A stretch of 64,000 nucleotides of DNA from an uncultured cyanobacterium (GCA_963744145.1 CAVUSO010000001.1:5824001-5888000); one strand, 5' to 3'; shown: positions 31,301 through 41,645, counted from the stretch's first letter. Notes: a model not told the origin generated them from the sequence alone. Numbers and translations: made by a program.

Positions 31301-33915
31301 ATTTCAGCAATAATAGCTTAAATATAGGAACAATAGTTAGATTAAACCTAGATAGTAATTATCAGTCAAATGCTATAAATATTGTTGATAAATTTAAAAA
31401 TTTAGCTGCTATACTTTTAGTTTTTGCAAAACAGATTAAACGATGTCGATTAATTTCTCCAAGTCATATCCAAGAACTATCATGGCAGGGAGAAATAGTA
31501 ATGAAAATCCCCGATATTGAGTTTGGTAAATTACAATTGTCAGAAGGTCAAAAAAATTGCCTATGTTTAAGACTGGGAATAATCGGCTCTTTATTGATAT
31601 GTTTTAAGAAATATTCTGGTAAATTTAAAGCATCTTTACCAGCAGATATTCCCACTATATGGGTAACTGCACCTACCACTGAAAAATTAGGCTTAGGTTT
31701 TATTCTTAATGGTGCATTTAAGATTACAACAGGGCGTCAAAAACTCCTTGAGCCTCAATCTCAACCTAATTTAGATCAATTAGATGAAGATAACATTCAT
31801 ATTGCCAAAAGATTAGGTACTTTACTTGGAGAAAACCTTGGCAAACTTTTTGAAAAACAATGGGATAAAACTTCCAATCAATTGAAAATTAGTGATGATA
31901 ATAGTGTAGTAATTATTGCCATCGCATTTCATCTGTTTGTAGAGAGCGGTTTACATCGAATCGCATTATTGCTTATACAAGATTACTGTGATTTTAATAA
32001 GTATGATTTTTGGGAATTTATTTGGGATGAGTTAGCCGTCAAATGGTTAATTACAAATAATAATTCTTTTGCTTTAAAAATAATTCAGTTAGTTTTAGGT
32101 GGTGGGATGATACACTTTATCACTACATATCCCAGTTTACCTAACGGTTTATGGGTAAACTATCGACAACTTATTTCTCCTACTGAAACTCGTTACATCA
32201 TCACAGGTATTTTAGCTACTAAATCATGTTTTAAGAAGGTTTCAAATTGGACTCAATTTACAAATTACCCTGAATTTACGAATTGGACTGAATTTACAAA
32301 AAGATGTGTTAGTAAATCGGTTTGGGAAAATGTTAAATTATTATGGAAAAAACTGGATGATAATTTTCCCTTTCATGAAACACAAGAACTAAAATTGATA
32401 GATATCCTTAAATGGGAATTAGGAGATCAGAACCCACAAGCTAGTCCGACTACAGCGAAAATGTTAAGTCAATTATGTCAATTCTCGCAAAAACACGAAG
32501 ATCCAGAACTGATAGAACTAAGAGGATTTTTGAAAATAGTTAAGTTTCAAGCGGAAAATGGAGACTATTATGATTGTAAACAGTTAATAGTGTCTGGAAA
32601 CGGAACAACAGAAGAAGAATTACTAGCTAATTTTGCACCTGAAGACCGACTTTTACATCAGAATTATAAAGAGCAAGCCTTAAAATTTTTCTATCTTTGT
32701 CGATGTAGCTTAGAATCTATAAAAGCTATCTCTATTGAAGACTTAGCAACATGGGCTTCTAATGCTAATATTGAGTCTCAACAAGCTGTAATAAATTATT
32801 TATCCAAAGGAGCAATGTCTAGTAGCTTAGTTAATTATTTAAACAGAATGGGCTCCAATAATTCATGGCTCAATAATAAAGTTAACGCAGTTTTAGTATT
32901 AGAAGAATTGAAATCAGAAGAATTGAAAAGATCTCCTATTAATGTTAATGAAGATCCAAATATTTTACCAGATCAACCTCCAGAAATATCACAATCTCAA
33001 TCTCAGCCTCCAGAAATATCAAGACATCACACTCCAGAAACATTAAAAAGAATTTATGAATGGTGGCAAGGTATTGATAATGAATTTATTAGAGAAAAGT
33101 ATGATGATTTGGTTTATCCTGTCAAAATTAAGGATATGAAGAGAAAATTAAAACAGGATAAAATTAGTAGAAGTTACTGGTTGATTCTATTTTTCTTAGG
33201 AGTAACTCATAGAATGGGAAGAACTAATTATACACAGCATCGAGATTTTATTCAATTTTGTCGAGATAATAAAGATAAAAACTGGTGGAATACTTTTTCA
33301 AGTTCTCAACCTAAAGAAAAAGCGCAAGAGTGGATGAAGGTTTTAAATGAATATTTTGATGATCCAAATTGGGTTCAAGAAATTAAATGGCTTTACTGGA
33401 TGGAAAAATTTCCTATAATCTATCAAATTAGTTGTTATTTAGATGAATATAGACAAGTTTTTACTGATATTGACAAACTTAAAAAATCTTTCAACATCAA
33501 CCAAATAACTCAAGTCAGATCAAGTTATATATTTGATGGTACTGGTATAGATGCTCCTCCTTTAATGTTAGGAATGGGTGCTAACTTTATTATTAGAGAG
33601 TTAGTTCGTTTAGAGGTTATTCAACCAACACCTTATATTTTAGAAAATTGTTTTCTTCCTAAACGTAATGTTAGAAGATTTTTGACAACGCTTGGTTGTG
33701 ATGACTTAAACAAATGGAACCCAGAAACATCAAAAAAAATCTATAAGTTTTTATGTGATGAGTTTGAAAAATTTGGTATATCACAAACGGAAGTAACTTT
33801 TAATAAGGCTTTTGATATTCCTTTTCAAATATTAGCAGATAACCCTCAACTTAGAACCGAAATATTAAACGAAGAAATAAAGTTAGCAGATGTTGATGAA
33901 GATGAATTTGATTAA
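28381..33915 (+). CDS. C-terminal part of the giant sacsin-like protein (second GHKL module plus a Trp-rich C-terminal domain of unknown function)
   Basis: FELFQNADDA, GKFGLGFKSV, LNGAF; very AT-rich; starts 4 bp after the IS. Confidence 0.85.
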   Translation: MPSQENQLWEKIAKQMLKKTNKLWCLVPSILVKQISEDKQIELGIKPLSRNPILDYMKNEIEQRNQSSLDGLKELTPEDITDLLKEIGQEPNNEKLWKDLPLHETVETVEDRLVPISENTYLENCDFPFNEKLKYLVTIIKINPNLRQEWITKWDAEHQIREILCQNDPQKYWKEILDAVCSLNQKIPDDLKDRLAKEIYWLPTEDGVPKKPDQVISFSKDLADSFQEKDLSTIIEIMNNDSIHHLKLLRDISRHNQGYSWLESLFSKLTEDKIIKIVLSKKPQHYLIVLNAIDSLQKRGKEPSDANRELLKQIPWLINFQEPCINLKPENVIHYPKLKEQICQIIEDTNNSDYIDSSSLNTIIKDHPSFDWLHENLFIKDKSNVLKIIGQMVRNIPKYRLGNFDAADFPLTDCYGSKETPGVFHNIDTDILPIWFLVPKISEEDFKKYILPNVLNELDVNILVELLNWISKNHSGRAEEVITVYNKYLKLATEHSDFNLKIPEINLLNRRGEWKSTNELCDGSKPNIDDSDILDDEQATILSPILSKINVSKNKVSKKLTNYHLAKTNSDILSNYSKNLANNFNKPAALIGLFLCLLSGNDQKVKTLAQYYLGSRYFDITIDRLCIKPSLFRFILNVNDLDASTTDVPAITGNYFPAKIKNSELPCLLFYEPEINNTDNITNINLTLIPSEKLNAVNPDQIVELLKISAEWLMDKIYPQTLENLQQIWQEISNSGQIDIKFCRDYILEGFVYLMRQLKLRNNDIKQKLAEIDKKWHEKKESGESVNQDYRTKIGKEILELFEGDNQAPSQDVINAVKNKISEHGYLPENIPFELFQNADDAVVEWNKISRGNLSAESKLFVLKWDENKIEFMHWGRPINCYWYLEYPEVDYKNDGYHIDLTKMLLFNNSDKGEGETGKFGLGFKSVYLVCQEPHVLSGRDISFKVVGGLLPSNLDAEDSYSLSQSLQDQQGNNFSNNSLNIGTIVRLNLDSNYQSNAINIVDKFKNLAAILLVFAKQIKRCRLISPSHIQELSWQGEIVMKIPDIEFGKLQLSEGQKNCLCLRLGIIGSLLICFKKYSGKFKASLPADIPTIWVTAPTTEKLGLGFILNGAFKITTGRQKLLEPQSQPNLDQLDEDNIHIAKRLGTLLGENLGKLFEKQWDKTSNQLKISDDNSVVIIAIAFHLFVESGLHRIALLLIQDYCDFNKYDFWEFIWDELAVKWLITNNNSFALKIIQLVLGGGMIHFITTYPSLPNGLWVNYRQLISPTETRYIITGILATKSCFKKVSNWTQFTNYPEFTNWTEFTKRCVSKSVWENVKLLWKKLDDNFPFHETQELKLIDILKWELGDQNPQASPTTAKMLSQLCQFSQKHEDPELIELRGFLKIVKFQAENGDYYDCKQLIVSGNGTTEEELLANFAPEDRLLHQNYKEQALKFFYLCRCSLESIKAISIEDLATWASNANIESQQAVINYLSKGAMSSSLVNYLNRMGSNNSWLNNKVNAVLVLEELKSEELKRSPINVNEDPNILPDQPPEISQSQSQPPEISRHHTPETLKRIYEWWQGIDNEFIREKYDDLVYPVKIKDMKRKLKQDKISRSYWLILFFLGVTHRMGRTNYTQHRDFIQFCRDNKDKNWWNTFSSSQPKEKAQEWMKVLNEYFDDPNWVQEIKWLYWMEKFPIIYQISCYLDEYRQVFTDIDKLKKSFNINQITQVRSSYIFDGTGIDAPPLMLGMGANFIIRELVRLEVIQPTPYILENCFLPKRNVRRFLTTLGCDDLNKWNPETSKKIYKFLCDEFEKFGISQTEVTFNKAFDIPFQILADNPQLRTEILNEEIKLADVDEDEFD

Positions 33916-33951
33916 AAAATATATCAAGAAGATATATCTCGGTAAAGAACT

Positions 33952-34022
33952 GGGCGAAGCATTCGGATATAATATTAGCTGGATTTAAGTTATAAATCAT
34001 CGCCCGAATGCTTCGCCCCTAC
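33952..34022. repeat. REP-like inverted repeat
   Basis: gggcgaagcattcgg ... ccgaatgcttcgcccctac. Confidence 0.8.
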
Positions 34023-34024
34023 AG

Positions 34025-34162
34025 TTAACTGAACCCTATTGCATTATAGGTATCCTTAGTCACCACAATGCAAGGTCTAATTTTTCCAGTTTCCGACCCC
34101 TTTGTTGGCTCAAGATTAACATCAAAAATTATACCACGTTTTATTTTTATTCCTTCGGCCAT
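34025..34162 (-). pseudogene. truncated MazF/PemK toxin
   Basis: Manual translation MAEGIKIKRGIIFDVNLEPTKGSETGKIRPCIVVTKDTYNAIGFS*; stops after 45 aa next to the REP element; overlaps the antitoxin stop. Confidence 0.85.
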
Positions 34163-34386
34163 TCTTCTAAACCTGATTCTGTCAGTTCTTGTAACTCTTG
34201 ATCATCTTCGTAAATTTCAGCATAGAGATTAGCCGATTCTTGCAACTTATCCGCTTCCAATGCTAACTGCAACTTTTGCAGGGCGGTGATGACAACTTCG
34301 TTTGGTTCTTGAAATCCATATTCTTGACAGCGATCAAGAAATTTGATGCTAGATTCATCAAGTTTAAATGTATGTTGCTTCATCAT
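34147..34386 (-). CDS. antitoxin (RHH/CopG-like) of the MazF module
   Basis: 79 aa with an acidic C-terminus, translationally coupled to the MazF fragment. Confidence 0.7.
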   Translation of the reverse strand: MMKQHTFKLDESSIKFLDRCQEYGFQEPNEVVITALQKLQLALEADKLQESANLYAEIYEDDQELQELTESGLEEWPKE

Positions 34387-34432
34387 AAAAAAAACCTTGC
34401 TATAGTTAATCTATTTGATTCATAAATGGCTG

Positions 34433-34504
34433 AGGGCAAAGCATTCCGGTCATAGTTATCTGGTTGTAAGCAATAACTGATCTGCCGGAATGCTTTGCCC
34501 CTAC
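34433..34504. repeat. REP-like inverted repeat
   Basis: agggcaaagcattccgg ... ccggaatgctttgcccctac. Confidence 0.8.
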
Positions 34505-34737
34505 ATACCCGGCCAAAATTCTGTTCAGATCACCTCTAATTGCCGATTAGGTGGACAAATATGGACTCTTGCGTCCTTAATCAAAAAAAGAACACCTTTG
34601 CGCCTCAAAAGTGGTGATTCTCTCTGGCAGATCTGCTGGCATTACAGATAGAAGCTACGATATTGTTCTTTTCAGACCCGCCTCGATGTGGCGTTTAAAG
34701 CTCTGATTACTCAGGCTCGCCGTGAGCGTAGTCGAAT

Positions 34738-34985
34738 GGTAATTTTTTCCTCGTCAATGTTACTTAGGCTTGTCATGTTCAGCTCACTTCCTTAGCTAAA
34801 TAGAGATGTTTAAAACTGAACGGCAGAGCTACAAGCTGGAAAGCACTCGCAGGTTTACCCTGAGCGTAGTCGAAGGGTGCCATGACCCAAATAACGTAGT
34901 CTTTCGCTTGGCGATTGACTGAGACTGGCCATCTCTACACTTTATGTACTGGTTTCCAGATATATCCAGTGTTTAGCGGATAGCC
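34738..34985 (-). ncRNA. IscB-type omega RNA / HEARO RNA, orphan
   Basis: Minus strand GGCTATC...GATGGCCAGTCTCAG...ACTACGTTATTTGGGTCATGGCACC...TGCTTTCCAG...CTCTGCCG...TAAACA...GACAAGCCTAAGTAACATTGACGAGG...TTACC. Nested stems: GTTATTTGGG/CCTAAGTAAC, GTCATG/CATGAC, CTGCGAG/CTTGTAG, GTTCAG/CTGAAC. Confidence 0.8.
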
Positions 34986-35049
34986 ATTATAATCATCAGC
35001 AAGCTCCTCAATCTAGTCACCTGCATGAAACTGATGTGATCATTATAAA

Positions 35050-35718
35050 TCATAAAAGTGACTTATCTAGAGCGATCACTTGATCGGGTGCTAAAACACC
35101 CCCGACTCTGATCACTTCCAAATTCCCTATTTCCTGGGGATGCTGAAGCTTAACTTTAGCGATCGCCTCCTCCATTCCTGCTGCCTGAACAATATAAATC
35201 TGTGTTTCACCTCTGAACACCCAAATTGGCTTAGACCAGGTATGTCGAGGATTTAGCGCTGCTTTATTGATGATATGATGGCTAAAATCAACCAGTTGTT
35301 CTAAAATATTTTCAGAACAAAATTCGGCAATTTGGGACTGAAATAAAGCTTTAAGTTTGTCAGTTGGAATATGTTCTGTTACTTCTACCGAAGCTGACAG
35401 AGACGAAGAACTTAATGGATGACTAAATGATGGAACTATCACCGATTCAATTTGACGCTGAATCTGACTTGTGATTGAATCAAAATCCGGCTCGTTCAAA
35501 ATATGCCCTAAATGCTCTCGCAACAAACTCGTTAGTTTTTCATCATCAAAAATGATTCCACTGGTACTAAAATATTCCGAAATCCTTTTTCCCCTATTTC
35601 CTCCACAACCAACTTCTCCTTGACTAGCATCTTCTGCTTCAACTAACTCCATCAAACGTTGATAGCGAGCAACTTCATCAGATGTAGATTTCGACTTACC
35701 AGGAATCGATTGGGTCAT
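35050..35718 (-). CDS. hypothetical protein, probable partner of the upstream GNAT (start MTQSIPGK)
   Basis: Overlaps the GNAT stop; its 3' end is duplicated at 21551. Confidence 0.6.
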   Translation of the reverse strand: MTQSIPGKSKSTSDEVARYQRLMELVEAEDASQGEVGCGGNRGKRISEYFSTSGIIFDDEKLTSLLREHLGHILNEPDFDSITSQIQRQIESVIVPSFSHPLSSSSLSASVEVTEHIPTDKLKALFQSQIAEFCSENILEQLVDFSHHIINKAALNPRHTWSKPIWVFRGETQIYIVQAAGMEEAIAKVKLQHPQEIGNLEVIRVGGVLAPDQVIALDKSLL

Positions 35719-35930
35719 AGGTTGCCATCCGTAGAGTCTCAAAATAAACCAGGTTATCGGGTTCTTCAGGATCAGGACCGCTATCAAGCAGTCCAATTCT
35801 GAGCTTTCTATAAAATCCTAGCGCACCTGGCAGAGCGTGTAACCCGATCCTACCCTGATAACCCAGTTCGTGGCTCCGGGCGATCGCCAAATCTACTAGA
35901 TTGCCCCCAATTCCTTTGGAGATTGGAATA
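35696..35930 (-). pseudogene. 5'-truncated GNAT acetyltransferase
   Basis: PKGIGGNLVDLAIARSHELGYQGRIGLHALPGALGFYRKL; the N-terminal half is absent. Confidence 0.75.
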
Positions 35931-35967
35931 GTTTAAAATATAGGATTAGATGAGCGAGAGAAAAATA

Positions 35968-36231
35968 ATGAGCCTTTTAGTTGAACTTGTTTTGAGGGAG
36001 ATTGATCAATTGACTCTAGTAGAGTAGATGCAAGTGTTAGAGCATTTGGTAAAGCAGATGAAGCAATCTGTTGAAACTATTGCTGTGCCTGCAAAACTTA
36101 AGCACAAGTTGAGTGAGTTTCGTGGTATTGTCAAGTATCCCCTGTTAGGTGAAGATGCTCAACAATGGGTGTCTAGAACTCGACGAGAGGGTGACGAGCA
36201 TCGGGATCAGTTGCTCCGGGGAGAGTTATGA
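35968..36231 (+). pseudogene. antitoxin-like gene with an in-frame TAG at 36025-36027
   Basis: MSLLVELVLREIDQLTLVE*MQVLEHL...GEDAQQWVSRTR; coupled to a PIN fragment. Confidence 0.65.
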
Positions 36232-36332
36232 GGTTGGAAGATGCTTTGAGTGGAGTGACACGCTTATTTTTGGATACAGCACCAGTAGTCTATTTTGTGG
36301 AGGAGCATCCGACTTTTTTACCAATTGACTAG
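36228..36332 (+). pseudogene. truncated PIN/VapC toxin
   Basis: MRLEDALSGVTRLFLDTAPVVYFVEEHPTFLPID* (N-terminal LDT motif only). Confidence 0.8.
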
Positions 36333-36480
36333 ATTCAGCTGAGGAAGTCCTAATTAAGCAACACCTCAAAAATCTTGATTTGCTCTAGGTAGAAATTAAT
36401 AAAAAATGGCGAAAATCAAGCTCTAACATCTATTAACTAATTGTTATAGTCATCATCTTCCTCTCGACTCAGTCAATATC

Positions 36481-38010
36481 TCAAATCAGATTTAAGTCTA
36501 AATTTTGAGTAGTGTCTATAGTTGTGACATAAACAGCTTCAGCGGGAGTAAAACTTTCCGCAGTTGCAAGTTGACCCGCTAATAAATCAACGGTAGCATC
36601 AGCGATATCACCACTACGTTTAACTAGACGATCGCGTAAAACTGCTTCCGGAGCAGTACAGTTAATAATTTGGAGCGGTATTTGGTGAGTTTGAGCAGCT
36701 GCGATCGCTGGTTCTCGTAAAGCTTGACGATCGTATTTTGCATCTAAAATGACCGGAAAACCTTGTTTGGCTAAACTTAGTCCTAATTCTAACAGACGAC
36801 TATAGGTTTTTTGAGTCATGACTGGAGTATAAAGATCATCTCCTCCCTTTTCATATAAAGGTACTCCACCTAAATGCTTTCTCACCGCATCGGAGCGAAT
36901 GTGAATTGCTCCTAAATGTCTTGCTATTTTTCTTGCTGTTGTACTTTTTCCTGAACCCGATACTCCTGACATCAAGATTATTTTACCTTGACGTTGTTTA
37001 CTATATTGCCAAGCTAAGGTATAATATTGAGCAGCAGTTATAGTTGCCTTTTCTTTTTCTGGAGTCGGAATTGCTGGATCATCTAAGAGAAAAGAAATTA
37101 CCTTAGCTCTCACATAAGCTTGACGGTTTAAATATAAAGGGAGAATTGCTAATCCTTCCCAGTCTCCCGTAGTTTCAATATAAGTATTTAGATAAGCATT
37201 GGCTAAATCTGGACGCGATCGCGCATCTAAATCCATCACCGCATAAGCAATGTCAAACATCACATCGACAAAGCGAAAAGGTTCATTAAATTCTATACAA
37301 TCAAATAACAGAATTTTATCTAACCAATAGGCAATATTTCTTAAATGTAAATCTCCATGACATTCCCGAATCCAGTTCTGTGTAACTCTGCTCTTAAATA
37401 AATCTTCACGCTCAGTAAAAAATTTATCTGTAAATTCCCTAGTTTCATCAAACTGTTGTTGAGTCTGAGGACCACCAATATATTTTTCCGTTTGCTGATA
37501 ATTTTCGTCAAAAGCTAACCGAATTTGAGCAACTGTACCAAAAGTCCGGATATAATCATTACTAGGTGACTCGAGATGAAATTTAGCCACAATTCGTCCG
37601 AGTTCTTCCATCACTTGCTCAGTTAGCTTTCCCTGTTCAAACATATTACTGAACAGAGCTTCTTGGGGAAATTGCCGCAGTTTTAAAATATATTCTACTG
37701 GATTACTACTCTCACCGAGGATAAATTTATCCCCCGTTTGACTAATCGGTAAAACCTCCAGGTACAGTTCAGTTGCTCCTCGTTGATTTAATTGGAATTC
37801 TGCTTGACAAAAATTTTGTCTTTTTGCTAAGGTAGAATAATCTAAAAAACCAAAATTAACAGGTTTTTTGACTTTATAGACATAATCTCCTGTCAGTAAT
37901 ACATAGGAAACATGAGTTTGCATGAGTTCGATCGGCTCAGTAACCGGATGGGGATAAAAATCCGGTTGTAACATTTGTTGAATTAAAGCAGGTAAAGTAA
38001 AATCAGTCAT
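36481..38010 (-). CDS. bifunctional APH-like phosphotransferase / AAA_33 kinase
   Basis: THVSYV, CHGDLHL, FDCIEF; GVSGSGKST P-loop. Confidence 0.9.
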   Translation of the reverse strand: MTDFTLPALIQQMLQPDFYPHPVTEPIELMQTHVSYVLLTGDYVYKVKKPVNFGFLDYSTLAKRQNFCQAEFQLNQRGATELYLEVLPISQTGDKFILGESSNPVEYILKLRQFPQEALFSNMFEQGKLTEQVMEELGRIVAKFHLESPSNDYIRTFGTVAQIRLAFDENYQQTEKYIGGPQTQQQFDETREFTDKFFTEREDLFKSRVTQNWIRECHGDLHLRNIAYWLDKILLFDCIEFNEPFRFVDVMFDIAYAVMDLDARSRPDLANAYLNTYIETTGDWEGLAILPLYLNRQAYVRAKVISFLLDDPAIPTPEKEKATITAAQYYTLAWQYSKQRQGKIILMSGVSGSGKSTTARKIARHLGAIHIRSDAVRKHLGGVPLYEKGGDDLYTPVMTQKTYSRLLELGLSLAKQGFPVILDAKYDRQALREPAIAAAQTHQIPLQIINCTAPEAVLRDRLVKRSGDIADATVDLLAGQLATAESFTPAEAVYVTTIDTTQNLDLNLI

Positions 38011-38092
38011 AAAATTAGTAATAATTAGTTGGGGAAATCGAAAAAATAGCGATCGCTCACATAATTATAGCGATCGCTCAACAGAAAAAAAA

Positions 38093-38683
38093 TTAAGCTG
38101 ATGCTGATTCTTTACTGTCCGGATCTCCGGATGAATTCAGAACCGATACAACCACTCGTTCTGGTTCACCAAGAGCGACAACATCTGATGGTAAATTTAA
38201 TTCCCGTACATGTAAAGATTGTCCCAAATGCAACTGAGAAACATCAACTTCAATATTTGCGGGAATAGCATTTGGTTTACATTTTACCTGTAACTCATTC
38301 AAAACTAGATCAAGCATTCCACCTTCTAGTTTAACACCGATCGGTTCACCCACAAAATGGAGAGGAACTTCTACCTCCAGACTTTCTTGTGCTGATACCG
38401 CAAAAAAACTGAGATGATATACAGTACCTTTAGCTGGATGAGTTTGGATTTCCCGGAGAAGAGTTTTCCCACTCCAAGGAATATCGGGAATATTGAGTTG
38501 AATCAGAGTATTATTGAGTGAAGCATCTCTAATTAGTAGTTCCGTTGGTTTAGCTTTTAGAGTCAAATTGAGAGATTCTGAGCCATTATGACCATAAACA
38601 ACTGCCGGAATCAACCCTTGACGACGTAGACTATTTGGTTTGCTTCCTTCTACCCGTTTTTGACCCTCAATTGTGAGTTCCAT
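38093..38683 (-). CDS. rplY: 50S ribosomal protein L25/Ctc
   Basis: LRRQGLIPAVVYG, EIQTHP, HLSF. Confidence 0.95.
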   Translation of the reverse strand: MELTIEGQKRVEGSKPNSLRRQGLIPAVVYGHNGSESLNLTLKAKPTELLIRDASLNNTLIQLNIPDIPWSGKTLLREIQTHPAKGTVYHLSFFAVSAQESLEVEVPLHFVGEPIGVKLEGGMLDLVLNELQVKCKPNAIPANIEVDVSQLHLGQSLHVRELNLPSDVVALGEPERVVVSVLNSSGDPDSKESASA

Positions 38684-38760
38684 AGTTCTAATTTTCCTTG
38701 ATCTAAATTTTTATTTTGGCAAAAAACCCTAACACCTGAAACCTGATTTCTGACATCTAT

Positions 38761-40140
<1,380 letters not shown>

Positions 40141-40192
40141 CTAGGGTAGTATTTGTCAAATTAATTTTTGTTACAATCTATATCTAAGTCCG

Positions 40193-41320
40193 ATGACTGC
40201 TGTAGACACCAATCGCTGTCCGGTCGGGACAGATCGCTATCAACCCTTAAAATCTATTGCTGGAGAGGGATTTGTGACTTTACACGCTGAACTACATCGC
40301 CATCTTGGTGGCTCGGTTGTACCTCGGATTTTATGGCGCTATTTTCAGCGTCATGATGCTGAATTATCTGCTAGATTTCCAGAGTATGGAGAGTTTGAGG
40401 ATTTTTATACCCGTCCTCGCAATACTCTTGATGAATATTTAGAATTACATACTTTGGTAGAAAGTGTTCAAACGCCCGAGTCTTTGCCTTATTTTATCTA
40501 TCGTCTGATTCGAGGTGCTTATATTTTTGAAAATCTCGCTTATTTGGAGTTGCGTTATACTCCTTATCTGCGTACATCTCACCATTTGACCCAATCTCAA
40601 CGAATTGAGCAAATGGCAGAAATTGTTAATATTGTTGGTCGAGCAAGTCAGTTAACTAATTGTCCAATTGTGACTAGCCAAATTTTATGTATGCACTCTC
40701 GTTTACCCGAACCAGTCAATCGAGCAATCATTGATTTAGCTGCGGCTAATCCAGAGTATGTTTGTGCAATAGATTTAGCTGGGGGTGATGCTCAGTATGT
40801 TGAACAGTTGGATCAGTTTGTCGAATTATATGCTTACGCTCTTTCTCTAGGATTGAAAACTACTGGACATCTGTATGAGACTCCTAATGGTTGTTATCCC
40901 GAGTTATTACCTTATTTAATGCGGATTGGACATGGAATCCAAATTCCGTTGTTATATCCAGAATTGTTGTCAGAGGTAGCTAATCGTCACCAGTGTTTAG
41001 AAGTTTGTCCAACAACTTACTTGAAAACAGGTACTTTACAGGATATTAATCAGTTAAAATTGGTATTCGATCGCTGTTTTGAGGCAGGAGTAGATATTGC
41101 TATCTGTACGGATAATGCTGGATTGCACAATGTCCGGTTGCCGTTTGAATATGAAAATTTGCTGACCTATGATATTATTGATTTCGAGCAGTTGCAAATT
41201 TGTCAGGAAGCCGCTTTTCGTCATGCGTTTGCTTGGCCCTATAGCGATCGCCCGGTATCAATTCTCACAGAAATTTTGAAACCAGAATCGAATCAAATTC
41301 CAGTTCCTACACCAGTTTAA
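40193..41320 (+). CDS. add: adenosine deaminase family protein
   Basis: ELHRHLGGS, RIGHG, TDNAG. Confidence 0.88.
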   Translation: MTAVDTNRCPVGTDRYQPLKSIAGEGFVTLHAELHRHLGGSVVPRILWRYFQRHDAELSARFPEYGEFEDFYTRPRNTLDEYLELHTLVESVQTPESLPYFIYRLIRGAYIFENLAYLELRYTPYLRTSHHLTQSQRIEQMAEIVNIVGRASQLTNCPIVTSQILCMHSRLPEPVNRAIIDLAAANPEYVCAIDLAGGDAQYVEQLDQFVELYAYALSLGLKTTGHLYETPNGCYPELLPYLMRIGHGIQIPLLYPELLSEVANRHQCLEVCPTTYLKTGTLQDINQLKLVFDRCFEAGVDIAICTDNAGLHNVRLPFEYENLLTYDIIDFEQLQICQEAAFRHAFAWPYSDRPVSILTEILKPESNQIPVPTPV

Positions 41321-41645
41321 TACTCCGACCGAAAAATCCCCCCAACCAGAGCGATCGAAGCGGACTGCTTCTTGTCAAGAAGGTGGAGTTGGCTCTCCTG
41401 GATCTGTGGTCAAAAAGTATCTTGAGATCCAAATCTTTTGGTTAATGAGGGCGGAAATACTTGCTGTTCAGACAATATAAGTCTTATTTATAACCATAAA
41501 TCCGGGAGAGCCGGAATTTTGGCCAATTTTCGCTCTGGGATCAAGTCCAGCCGACATTTTCCCAAAATCCCTTCCCATCGAGTGTTAATTATAGACTGCT
41601 GTTTGATAACTTTAAATAAAGCCACAAAATTTAGGAGTTTCCCCC

